Of a stretch of DNA of 38,309 bases, positions 9,062 to 17,146 are shown in pieces; within the stretch, counting starts at the first letter, position 1; each line of letters opens with the position of its first letter. This DNA is from Minisyncoccota bacterium (GTDB taxonomy: Bacteria; Patescibacteriota; Minisyncoccia; Phycocordibacterales; Phycocordibacteraceae): positions 1 to 38,309 of the forward strand of contig JAQUAU010000001.1 of assembly GCA_028687085.1 (NCBI GenBank), in the 5' to 3' direction. The notes beneath the pieces were generated by a model that saw only the letters and a program-made list of their open reading frames with translations, did not search any database and was not told where the DNA came from. Made by a program: the position numbers and the translations under genes.

Positions 9062-9249
9062 CAAAAATAAGCGCAGCGTTTTTTGCTGCACAGAAGCAGT
9101 CACGGGGTGACTGCGACTTGGATTCGAAGACCTTGTGAGCATTTTATGGAGCGGAGCGAACAGAAAATCCACAAGGTATACTGAAACTGTAAGTTTCGAA
9201 AAACGTACTCGTGGTCCACGACTGGCAGCAAAAAGAATATACTCATCCA

Positions 9250-9873
9250 ATGACAAAGAATTTTATACTATTCGATTTTGACGGAGTCATCGCTGATTCT
9301 TTTCGCGCGGCATATGGAGTAGCAAACATGATGTGCCCGCACCTCACTGAAGATGAACACCGGCGAAGATTCGAGGGTAATATTCATGACTGGGAAGAAC
9401 CTGTTGATCGGCATACCAAAGACTGTCGGCAAGATATTGATTTTTTTGAAGAATACGTACCCAGATTGAAGAAATCGGAAATATTTTCTGGCATGAAGGA
9501 GATAATCGCCGGTTTAGCACAAGGGTATACACTTGTTATCGTTTCTTCGACGGTCACGAGTCCTATTCAGGACTACTTAAACACCCGCGATCTTGCCACG
9601 TACTTCTCGTGGGTCATGGGTGCAGACGTGCACACAAGCAAGGTTGAGAAAATAAAAATGGTGTTTGAGAAATATGAGATTGGACCCGAAAGCTGCGTCT
9701 TTATTACCGATACTTTAGGGGACATTCTGGAGGCGGAGAAAACTGGTATCGGGGCAATCGGTGTGACATGGGGGTTCCACAAACCTGAAACACTTAAGAG
9801 AGGAAATCCTTTTCGCCTCGTCGACAGTCCGGACGTGTTGCCAGTCGCCATTTCCGACTATTTTTCTCAGTAG
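9250..9873 (+). CDS. HAD-superfamily hydrolase (phosphoglycolate-phosphatase-like, subfamily IA)
   Basis: Motif I FDFDGVIADS, motif II VSST, and a C-terminal GD...E region. TATACT lies 6 nt before the ATG at 9250. Confidence 0.75.
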   Translation: MTKNFILFDFDGVIADSFRAAYGVANMMCPHLTEDEHRRRFEGNIHDWEEPVDRHTKDCRQDIDFFEEYVPRLKKSEIFSGMKEIIAGLAQGYTLVIVSSTVTSPIQDYLNTRDLATYFSWVMGADVHTSKVEKIKMVFEKYEIGPESCVFITDTLGDILEAEKTGIGAIGVTWGFHKPETLKRGNPFRLVDSPDVLPVAISDYFSQ

Positions 9874-9946
9874 AGTTTCCGCGTCGTACCAGATGGCCAG
9901 CAAAAAGTGCAGAGCTATGAATTAAAACGTTTGTTATAATTTTGAT

Positions 9947-10231
9947 ATGGAAAAAAATGAAGGTACTCGAAAATCGAATAGTTATGAATCTGATTCTGAA
10001 GGTTTTGTGTGCTTCCCCGATGTCGCAATTGGTGAATTAAGACAACAAGCTCAATATGCAAGCCGGTATGTTGATGGCGTTATAGAGGGTTACCCAAACT
10101 TAGGTGAAGGTCTGCGTTTCAAAGGTGATACTGACGATTACCACTCTTTGCGGATTCACAAGGACGACATTAGAGAATTTGTCGAACGTGTTCTAGTTTA
10201 TAAGAAATCAACAGGGAATCCCTTTGCGTGA
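9947..10231 (+). CDS. Hypothetical protein (94 aa)
   Basis: AT-rich ORF with TGTTATAAT 6 nt before the ATG. No family recognised. Confidence 0.45.
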   Translation: MEKNEGTRKSNSYESDSEGFVCFPDVAIGELRQQAQYASRYVDGVIEGYPNLGEGLRFKGDTDDYHSLRIHKDDIREFVERVLVYKKSTGNPFA

Positions 10232-10402
10232 AAAGTTCCCATGTCGTTCCAGACGGCGAGCCCGAATCAAACTAGTATCGTTTGTTATTATCAACTATAT
10301 GATCGTCATTATCATTATCGTGATTGTCGTTGTCGGCTCTGCAATCGCTGTCTACTTCACCTCAAGATAGTTTAGAACCGCGAGGTACGATATTGTTCCT
10401 CT

Positions 10403-10645
10403 ATGTATTTCGTTTACATTCTCAAATGCAAAGACGGGTCGTTCTACACCGGTATCACGACCGATGTGGCGCGCCGCTTCGCAGAGCACCGAAGCGGCAC
10501 GGGCGGTCATTACACTAGGGCAAAAGAGGCCGTAGAAATCATCTATACCGAGCCGCATCCGGATAGGTCTTCTGCGTCAAAACGCGAAGCAGAGATAAAG
10601 AGCTGGCCTCGAGAAAAGAAGCTGAGCCTGATCCGACCCTCATAG
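10403..10645 (+). CDS. Small GIY-YIG nuclease-family protein (YhbQ/UPF0213-like)
   Basis: MYFVYILKCKDGSFYTGITTDVARRFAEHRSG...REAEIKSW matches the GIY-YIG/URI layout. Confidence 0.8.
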   Translation: MYFVYILKCKDGSFYTGITTDVARRFAEHRSGTGGHYTRAKEAVEIIYTEPHPDRSSASKREAEIKSWPREKKLSLIRPS

Positions 10646-10666
10646 GGTTGAGGTATACTTATCAGC

Positions 10667-11713
10667 ATGATGCAAATACAGACGATCCGACCGTACTTCT
10701 TGTTGATCGCCATTCTCGGCGCCGGTGCGCTCGCGGCCGCGGTCTTTCTCCCATTCCTGAAGCCGCTCGCGCTCGCTGCCGTCTTCGCGGTGGTGCTCCA
10801 GGGCTTCTATCAGAAGATGTCCCGGCTCCTTGGCGGCTGGCCGAGCACCGCCGCGCTTCTCACGGTCGTGCTGAGCGTCTTTCTGGTGCTCCTCCCGCTC
10901 TCGCTCGTCGGTGTGCTGGTCGGCAATCAGGCTCGCGACCTCTACGTCTCCCTTGATCAGGTGGGCGGGCGGAGCGCCGTCGCACAAATGTTCTCTCGTG
11001 CTGACCAGGAGTTTGGCGGCATCATACCGGGATTGAGCGAATTTTCGCGCAACGCATCGACCAATATCGACACCTACGCAAAAGATGCTCTGCAGTGGGT
11101 CACCGGACACGCGGGGGACATCTTCTCCAGCATCTCAGGGCTCCTGCTCTCACTCTTTATTTTCTTTATCGCACTCTATTATCTCTTGCGCGACGGCAAA
11201 CGCGTGCGCCAGGTGCTGATCGAACTCTCGCCGCTCTCTGATAGAGAAGACGAGGGAGTCTTCGATCGTCTCGAGCTCGCGATCAACTCGGTCATCAAGG
11301 GCAACCTCACCCTCGCGCTCGTGCAGGGTGTCCTCACGACGGCCGGCTTCACGCTCTTCGGGGTGCCAAACGCTATCCTCTGGGGCACGGTCGCCTCGGT
11401 CGCGGCACTTATCCCCGGCATCGGGACCGGGCTCGTCATCATCCCGGCAGTCGCCTTTCTCTTCTTCGCCGGCGCGACAGTACCGGCACTCGGGCTCCTT
11501 ATCTGGGGCGCACTCGGCGTCGGCCTTATCGACAACCTCCTCGGCCCGCGGCTCGTCGGGCGGGGGATCAATCTCCATCCGCTCCTCGTCTTGCTCTCGG
11601 TGCTCGGCGGGCTTAGCTACTTCGGCCCCACCGGCATCTTTCTCGGCCCCCTCACACTCAGCCTGCTTTTCGCGCTTCTCTCCATCTACTCAAACGTCTC
11701 TCGTTCCGCATAA
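10667..11713 (+). CDS. AI-2E family transporter (PerM/UPF0118)
   Basis: 348 aa with about 8 TMs. Its size and topology are typical of the family. TATACT lies 7 nt before the ATG. Confidence 0.7.
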   Translation: MMQIQTIRPYFLLIAILGAGALAAAVFLPFLKPLALAAVFAVVLQGFYQKMSRLLGGWPSTAALLTVVLSVFLVLLPLSLVGVLVGNQARDLYVSLDQVGGRSAVAQMFSRADQEFGGIIPGLSEFSRNASTNIDTYAKDALQWVTGHAGDIFSSISGLLLSLFIFFIALYYLLRDGKRVRQVLIELSPLSDREDEGVFDRLELAINSVIKGNLTLALVQGVLTTAGFTLFGVPNAILWGTVASVAALIPGIGTGLVIIPAVAFLFFAGATVPALGLLIWGALGVGLIDNLLGPRLVGRGINLHPLLVLLSVLGGLSYFGPTGIFLGPLTLSLLFALLSIYSNVSRSA

Positions 11714-11848
11714 CCGCACAAGGGTTGACAGTGGATTAGAGAGAGTGTACTGTCCTGCGAGTCGACCACCCGGGTCGATTTCGCGTTTTGCCTGCGCCCT
11801 TTTTGGGGTGGCGGCAAATCTCTGATTTTAGTTGCAAAGGAGAAGAGT

Positions 11849-12028
11849 ATGGAAGTTACAAAAAACCGCTTCACTCCGGCATGGTTGTTGGGAACAATCC
11901 ACGACCCGACGTTTAATCTCGGTCCCCGCACATCTCCGAAGGAGGTCAAAGGACCAATTGGTCGTCCGGAGCAGTCTGGCGACACCGTGGTTGTTCTGTC
12001 AGTAGAGAAGAAGCTTCGCGCGGCCTAG
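11849..12028 (+). CDS. Small hypothetical protein (59 aa; below the ORF-track cutoff)
   Basis: AAAGGAG SD lies 6 nt before the ATG at 11849, the stop is TAG at 12026, and a strong terminator follows. Translation: MEVTKNRFTPAWLLGTIHDPTFNLGPRTSPKEVKGPIGRPEQSGDTVVVLSVEKKLRAA. Confidence 0.5.
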   Translation: MEVTKNRFTPAWLLGTIHDPTFNLGPRTSPKEVKGPIGRPEQSGDTVVVLSVEKKLRAA

Positions 12029-12043
12029 CCGCAGACAACGACA

Positions 12044-12082
12044 GGCGATTTCCCCGAGGGGGAAATCGCCCGTTATTTTTTA
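12044..12082 (+). terminator. Rho-independent terminator
   Basis: 12-bp stem GGCGATTTCCCC-gag-GGGGAAATCGCC followed by CGTTATTTTTTA. Confidence 0.8.
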
Positions 12083-12130
12083 TACGATCTTGAAGGTAAC
12101 TTGCGCGCGTATATGCACGTTTATACCAGT

Positions 12131-12442
12131 ATGAGCAAAAACCCATTCATAAACGCGTTATCGGCAGCGGCGTACATCTCTCTCCTCGTCTCCGTTATTT
12201 TCTACGGGTCGCAGCTGGTGACGATCCCAGAGCCGAGCGTCATGATCCCTATCACGATGCTCTCGCTCTTTGTGCTCTCGGCCGCACTGATGGGCTACTT
12301 CTTCGTCTATCAGCCGGTGCAGCTCCTTATCGAGGGCGACAAAAGGGGAGCGACCAAGCTCTTCCTCACGACTGTCTTCGCCTTCGCCTGCATCACGGGC
12401 GTGATGGTCCTCTCCTGGCTCCTCCTCAGCGGGGTGTTCTAG
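12131..12442 (+). CDS. Small membrane protein (103 aa, 3 TM)
   Basis: Hydrophobic ORF. The ATG at 12131 was chosen inside ORF 12101..12442. Confidence 0.5.
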   Translation: MSKNPFINALSAAAYISLLVSVIFYGSQLVTIPEPSVMIPITMLSLFVLSAALMGYFFVYQPVQLLIEGDKRGATKLFLTTVFAFACITGVMVLSWLLLSGVF

Positions 12443-12458
12443 CATTTTGCAAAAAGCT
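12441..12458. promoter_or_regulatory. Copy 1 of the 18-bp palindrome AGCATTTTGCAAAAAGCT (candidate operator)
   Basis: 8 of 9 symmetric pairs. The 23-nt block TTCTAGCATTTTGCAAAAAGCTG (12437..12459) is identical to the blocks at 21321 and 21607. It overlaps the stop codon of the 12131 gene. Confidence 0.45.
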
Positions 12459-12468
12459 GCAATAAGTT

Positions 12469-12493
12469 CTGAGCAAGGGGAGTCCTTGCTCAG
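12469..12493 (+). terminator. Hairpin terminator after the 12131 gene
   Basis: Perfect 10-bp stem CTGAGCAAGG-ggagt-CCTTGCTCAG. The downstream T tract is weak (GGTGGTTTTCGG). Confidence 0.45.
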
Positions 12494-12533
12494 GGCCGGT
12501 GGTTTTCGGTGTAGTTAGGAGTAGTATTACTGC

Positions 12534-13544
12534 ATGAACAACAAACTCGGTTTCTTGCCCGGGTACATCTCGTGGCTCACCATCGTGTTCGCATTTCTCG
12601 CGATAGTCACCTTCTTCGCAGTTTCTGATCCGAGCGTGCAATATGCAACACGCATGGGATTTGGTGGGGGTGGAGGGTACTCCGAAGGTACTAAGGCGGT
12701 GCCGCCCACACTCGGCGGAGTGCCGATGATGGATAGCGGTGTCACAAATTCCGCAGGCGGAATGACGCGTCCGGATTACTATCCGTATCCAAGTCCTGAT
12801 GTTCCGGTGACCGACACGCGGGAGTTCTTGAAGATTTATTACAACGCCGCGATGCAGACGCGCGACGTGCCCGCGCTCACGCGCCGCGTAGAGACGACGG
12901 TGCGCGGATACGACGGTCGAATCGACAATGAGTCCAGCGCGGACAAATACGGCTATGTGAGCTTCGCGCTCCCGCAGGCTAAATATGATGCCTTCCGCGC
13001 CGAGCTCGAGAGTCTCGTGGGTAGCCGCTTCCTTAAGGTCAACATCTCGTCTCAGAATCTCCTCTCGCAAAAGGTGAGCATTGAAGAACAGCAGAAGCAG
13101 GCCGACCAAGCGCTCGCCGACTATACGACAGCGCGACAGAAGTTGGTAGCCGCACACGCAAACATCGTGCAGTCGCTTGAGGCGCAGATAGCTGATGCAA
13201 ACACGACTGCCGACGCGAAGACCCAGCTTCAGCTCCAGCTCGCGAAAGAGAACAGCTCATATACAAGAAATCTGAGTAACGCGGATGCGAACATCAAATA
13301 TGCCCAGAACTGGGTGAAGGGCGTGAAGACGCAGGATGCGACCCTCCTCGCGAATGTCGCGACGGTAAACGGCACGGTCTCTATCCAATGGATACGCCTC
13401 TGGGACATGGCGCTTCTCTATCTGCCGGGCTACTGGATCCCGACCATCTTCGCCCTGCTCACGCTTCTCTCCTTCACCAGCGACCGCCGCGCCGAGATTT
13501 TTAACAAGCGAAGCGACTATAAAAATCCAAGTGGGGTCGTGTAA
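12534..13544 (+). CDS. DUF4349-like membrane-anchored coiled-coil protein
   Basis: N-terminal TM, a central region (YGYVSFALPQAKYDAFRAELESLVG) followed by a coiled coil, and C-terminal TMs. This layout is typical of DUF4349. Confidence 0.45.
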   Translation: MNNKLGFLPGYISWLTIVFAFLAIVTFFAVSDPSVQYATRMGFGGGGGYSEGTKAVPPTLGGVPMMDSGVTNSAGGMTRPDYYPYPSPDVPVTDTREFLKIYYNAAMQTRDVPALTRRVETTVRGYDGRIDNESSADKYGYVSFALPQAKYDAFRAELESLVGSRFLKVNISSQNLLSQKVSIEEQQKQADQALADYTTARQKLVAAHANIVQSLEAQIADANTTADAKTQLQLQLAKENSSYTRNLSNADANIKYAQNWVKGVKTQDATLLANVATVNGTVSIQWIRLWDMALLYLPGYWIPTIFALLTLLSFTSDRRAEIFNKRSDYKNPSGVV

Positions 13545-13567
13545 TCACGAGCCCCCGCTAACCACCT

Positions 13568-14326
13568 ATGAAAACTACTACCGCTGTCGGGGCCGCTGCA
13601 GCGCTCATTATCGGATTCGGGGCGTGGTACTGGCTGGGGAATACCGCAGTAGAGTCGCCCGCGCCGCTCACTGCAGACTACAAGAACGCGACGTATATCA
13701 TCGAGGGTCAGCCGGTACAACTCGTAGACGGCCGGGCAGAGACCGCCGCCGCGCCTGGTTCAGCATCAACAGTCGCCACGCAATATTTCGGTAATGAGGC
13801 GGTCGGCGACCTTAACGGCGATGGTCTGCGTGATATCGCATTTCTCCTCACCCAAGATCCTGGAGGAACGGGGACATTTTTCTTCGTTGTTGCCGCGATT
13901 AAGACCGCTGATGGATATCAGGGTACGAGCGCTGTGCTCCTCGGCGACCGCATCGCGCCACAGACGACCGAGATCAGAGAGGGAACACTGATCGTGAATT
14001 ATGCGGAACGCAGACCAGACGACCCGATGACCGCACCGCCGTCGGTCGGCGTGAGCAAATACCTGAAGCTCGATGTGGCGACGATGCAGTTTGGCGAGGT
14101 GGTGCAGAACTTCGAGGGCGAGGCCGACGCAAGCAAGGGCGGCTACTGCACGGCGGACCAGCGGAAGGCTGACGTCTGCACACAGGACTACTCTCCAGTC
14201 TGTGCCACCGTGAATATCCAATGCATCAAGGCGCCTTGCAATCCGATACAACAGACTTTTTCTAATTCTTGCAACGCCTGTAAGAACTCGCTCGTCAGCT
14301 CCTATCTCGTCGGGGAGTGTAAGTAG
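13568..14326 (+). CDS. Secreted protein with an FG-GAP-like repeat and a C-terminal Kazal-like Cys-rich domain
   Basis: Signal/TM start MKTTTAVGAAAALIIGFGAWYW, a GDLNGDGLRDIAF repeat, and a C-terminal CTADQRKADVCTQDYSPVCATVNIQCIKAPCNPIQQTFSNSCNACKNSLVSSYLVGEC. Confidence 0.55.
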   Translation: MKTTTAVGAAAALIIGFGAWYWLGNTAVESPAPLTADYKNATYIIEGQPVQLVDGRAETAAAPGSASTVATQYFGNEAVGDLNGDGLRDIAFLLTQDPGGTGTFFFVVAAIKTADGYQGTSAVLLGDRIAPQTTEIREGTLIVNYAERRPDDPMTAPPSVGVSKYLKLDVATMQFGEVVQNFEGEADASKGGYCTADQRKADVCTQDYSPVCATVNIQCIKAPCNPIQQTFSNSCNACKNSLVSSYLVGECK

Positions 14327-14343
14327 GGTGGTACCATTGAGCG

Positions 14344-14739
14344 ATGGACTCCTACACCTCATACGCAACACTCATCAAACCGAGCTGGTCACCGCCGGCA
14401 TGGGTCTTTGGCCCGGTGTGGACAGTGCTCTATATCATTATCGCCGCGACCTACGGCACCGTCTTCTATAAAGCGTTTACGAGAGAGCTGCCCTGGGTGG
14501 TCGCGCTCCCGTTTGCGCTCAACCTCGTCTTCAATTTCTCCTACACGTATCTCCAGTTTGGGCTCAAGAATTACACCCTCGCCTCGGTAGATATTCTCCT
14601 CGTTCTCGGCACCCTTATCTGGGCGCTTATCGCCGTCTACCCGTACCTGAAATGGGTCGCACTCGCCAACATCCCGTACCTCCTCTGGGTAAGCTTCGCC
14701 ACGGTACTTCAGCTAACGGTCACGTATTTGAATCGATAG
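14344..14739 (+). CDS. TspO/MBR family protein (short, apparently lacking TM1)
   Basis: LIKPSWSPPAWVFGPVWTVLYIIIA and a Trp-rich C-terminus (YLLWVSFATVLQ). There is an in-frame stop 2 codons upstream of the ATG. Confidence 0.7.
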   Translation: MDSYTSYATLIKPSWSPPAWVFGPVWTVLYIIIAATYGTVFYKAFTRELPWVVALPFALNLVFNFSYTYLQFGLKNYTLASVDILLVLGTLIWALIAVYPYLKWVALANIPYLLWVSFATVLQLTVTYLNR

Positions 14740-14954
14740 GCCGTGGCTTTAATTTCACTATCCTAGTTCAAACATGGTCGAATAATGTGGATTATCCACA
14801 CCAAGAAATAGCCATATTTTATTAATACTCATAAGATACGCCATTTTACTATCTATAATCTGATTATCTTCGGTTTATTGCCTAAATCTCATTGCATTTT
14901 AATTATTATTAGTTTAATATGTCGTTATTAACAGAATTCTGATAAAATCCCGCA

Positions 14955-16160
14955 ATGATTCATAAAATATCGTTCAGCAACTTCTTTTCCTTTATGGACG
15001 AGGTTTCCATCGATTTTGTTGTAGACAATCATGCTCCGGATACGAATGCCTATTTCACAGATAGTTTTGGGAATCGAATAAGTAAAATTATGACCGTTGT
15101 GGGAGGCAATGCTTCGGGGAAAACAAATTTACTCAGGAGTGTAGCCTTCCTAAGATGGTTTATAGCTGACTCTTTTACGGATCTAGAACCAACGCAGAAA
15201 ATAAGCGAGAAAGATATCTACCAACCCTTTTTATTTTGTGAACAGAGTGGGCCTAGTACATTTGAAATTACCTTCGCTATAGAGAAAGAGATTTATAAGT
15301 ACAACCTTTCCCTAAACAACGAAAGGGTTCTTAACGAAGTACTCTCTATCAAAAAAGAGACGAACTACTGGAATAAGATATTTACTAGAAACTATGACGA
15401 TCAAAGAAAGGAGTACAGTGTTAACTTTGCAAAGCTGGATTTGCCGTCCGACTTCGAAAAGCTTGTAAGACCGAATTCCTCTGTACTGTCTTCAGCAAAG
15501 CAAATTAACAATCCACACGCAGTGAAGATTGTAAATTATTTCTCAAGCATTCAATCTAGCTTTGATGAAATGGGGGCACCGAATAAAAATGCATACCAAG
15601 CGCTTTATAAAGCCGCTGAGTTTTATCATAATAAGCCTGAAATAAGGGACAAGGTAGAGAAGATACTTAAGAGTTTCGATCTCGGTATCTCAAAATTCGA
15701 AATCCAGAAGTTTAAAAGAGCCGACAATACTGAAGTTCATCTTCCGTTGTCTTATCACAAGCGAATAGACTCCGAAAAAGAGGCTATGCTTCTAATGAAT
15801 GAAGAGTCTGGCGGGACGCGCAACCTTTTCCTTCTTCTAAAGGATATATTCGCGGCCCTAGAAACCGGCAACATTGTTATTTTCGATGAGCTGGACAATA
15901 ATCTCCATCCGTTAATGGTTCCTGAGATCATAAATCTATTTAGATCGGTTAATCACAATCCGCACAATGCTCAATTGTTCTTTAGTTCACACAATGTACA
16001 GATTCTAAATGAATTAGACAAACAACAGATAGTCCTTGTTGAAAAAGATAAAAATATAAGCGACGCGTGGAAACTTAGTGATATTGAGGGAGTGCGCCCA
16101 GGGGAGAATTATTACACCAAATATCTAGCTGGTGTATATGGAGGAATACCGCGTCTCTAA
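14955..16160 (+). CDS. ABC-type (AAA_15/AAA_21-like) ATPase, AbiLi/AriA-like
   Basis: IHKISFSNFFSF start, Walker A GGNASGKTN, signature-like ESGGTRNLF, Walker B IVIFDELDNNLHP, H-loop FFSSHN. TGATAAAAT lies 6 nt before the ATG. Confidence 0.75.
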   Translation: MIHKISFSNFFSFMDEVSIDFVVDNHAPDTNAYFTDSFGNRISKIMTVVGGNASGKTNLLRSVAFLRWFIADSFTDLEPTQKISEKDIYQPFLFCEQSGPSTFEITFAIEKEIYKYNLSLNNERVLNEVLSIKKETNYWNKIFTRNYDDQRKEYSVNFAKLDLPSDFEKLVRPNSSVLSSAKQINNPHAVKIVNYFSSIQSSFDEMGAPNKNAYQALYKAAEFYHNKPEIRDKVEKILKSFDLGISKFEIQKFKRADNTEVHLPLSYHKRIDSEKEAMLLMNEESGGTRNLFLLLKDIFAALETGNIVIFDELDNNLHPLMVPEIINLFRSVNHNPHNAQLFFSSHNVQILNELDKQQIVLVEKDKNISDAWKLSDIEGVRPGENYYTKYLAGVYGGIPRL

Positions 16161-16174
16161 TAAATGTTCGTTAT

Positions 16175-16681
16175 ATGCGTCAACCTAAGATAACAGTTCT
16201 CGCTTATGGTGAAGGGGATGATGAAAAGATATTTCTTCGACACCTAGAAGCATTATATTGTCGTAGGAAGCTTGTAAGTGTAAGAACAGGCTCAGCCGGT
16301 GGAGGCAGTCCCTCGTCGATACTTATGAGGGCCAAGAGTTTCCGCTGGGGGTATAGGAGAGATTTTGAATTTATCCTGCTAGATACAGATAAGACTTGGC
16401 CTCCTGAAATGATAGATCTTGCAGCAGAAGAGGAAATAAAGCTAATCGGGAGTAGCCCATGTCTAGAAGCGTTTTTCTTGGACATTCTTCAATCTCCACA
16501 TTCTTGCAAAGGCGTTGGATCTAAAAAATGCAAGGAGATATTTGAGACGCACCACTGCAGTGGCCACAACTTCACAGAAGAAGAATGCGCTCGGCTTTTT
16601 CCTAAAGCATTTTTAAATGAAGCTCGAAAACGCAATGAGGACCTTAATTATATAATTACCGCAATGGAGGGCACTTTGTAA
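16175..16681 (+). CDS. Toprim-like RloB/DUF4276-type protein (AbiLii/AriB-like partner)
   Basis: VLAYGEGDDEKIFLRHL (Toprim-type Glu), ILLDTDK (DxD) and SSPCLEAFFLDIL (resembles the RloB SNPCFE motif). The gene starts 14 nt after the ATPase stop. Confidence 0.55.
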   Translation: MRQPKITVLAYGEGDDEKIFLRHLEALYCRRKLVSVRTGSAGGGSPSSILMRAKSFRWGYRRDFEFILLDTDKTWPPEMIDLAAEEEIKLIGSSPCLEAFFLDILQSPHSCKGVGSKKCKEIFETHHCSGHNFTEEECARLFPKAFLNEARKRNEDLNYIITAMEGTL

Positions 16682-16747
16682 TTCCACGGGCAAACGACGG
16701 TTCTAGCGCCATATCTCGCAGTCAACATACGTGAATGCATACCCGGC

Positions 16748-17143
16748 ATGGCGAGTATTCAAATAAGGAGTAGACTTAATCGGAACAGGCAGAATATGAA
16801 GAAAATAGACGAATTTACAAAGAGAATAGTTGCTTTCAGGAACGCTCGGGACTGGAAGCAGTTTCATAATCCCAAGGACCTCTCGTTGTCCCTCGTGCCC
16901 GAGGCTGCAGAGGTTATGGAGCATTTCCAGTGGAAGAGCAAGGAAGAGATAGAGAAGTACGTTGTCGATGCAAAGGAAGAAATAGGGGAAGAACTCGCCG
17001 ACGTTCTGTACTGGGTTCTCCTGATGGGTCACGACCTAAATATAAATGTACTCACTGCGCTCGACAAAAAGATGAAAAAAAACGAAGCAAAGTACCCGGT
17101 CGAGAAAGCGAAAGGGAAGCATACGAAGTACAACAAGCTTTGA
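16748..17143 (+). CDS. MazG-like nucleotide pyrophosphohydrolase (alternative start at 16796)
   Basis: FRNARDWKQFHNPKDLSLSLVPEAAEVMEHFQW...EELADVLYWVLLMGHDLNI...KMKKNEAKYP matches the MazG/DCTPP1-type all-alpha NTP-PPase pattern. Confidence 0.75.
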   Translation: MASIQIRSRLNRNRQNMKKIDEFTKRIVAFRNARDWKQFHNPKDLSLSLVPEAAEVMEHFQWKSKEEIEKYVVDAKEEIGEELADVLYWVLLMGHDLNINVLTALDKKMKKNEAKYPVEKAKGKHTKYNKL

Positions 17144-17146
17144 TTC

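Larger units (their letters stand above)
9062..10402. other. AT-rich islet downstream of tRNA-Gln carrying small cargo genes and degenerate copies of the tRNA 3' end
   Basis: Base composition drops visibly. tRNA 3'-end-like repeats lie at 9215..9234 (18 of 20 match to 9048..9067), 9887..9906 and about 10248..10262. Confidence 0.55.

Noticed and set aside
9211-9249. GTG start at 9211 for the HAD hydrolase (ORF-track start).
   Set aside because: The extension covers the tRNA-3'-end-like repeat. The ATG at 9250 gives the canonical FDFDG motif close to the N-terminus and has TATACT 6 nt upstream.
14344-14739. TspO considered as a pseudogene because it appears to lack the first TM helix.
   Set aside because: The remaining ORF is intact and keeps the conserved motifs. 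An in-frame stop lies immediately upstream and there is no trace of a frameshifted N-terminus. Truncation cannot be told apart from a naturally short variant without an alignment.
14786-14800. Perfect DnaA-box consensus TTATCCACA within the palindrome TGTGGATTATCCACA, considered as a possible replication origin.
   Set aside because: It is a single box (a second, imperfect TTATCCATA lies 6 kb away), with no cluster, no dnaA/dnaN nearby and no obvious DUE arrangement. It is more likely an operator or an island-border motif.
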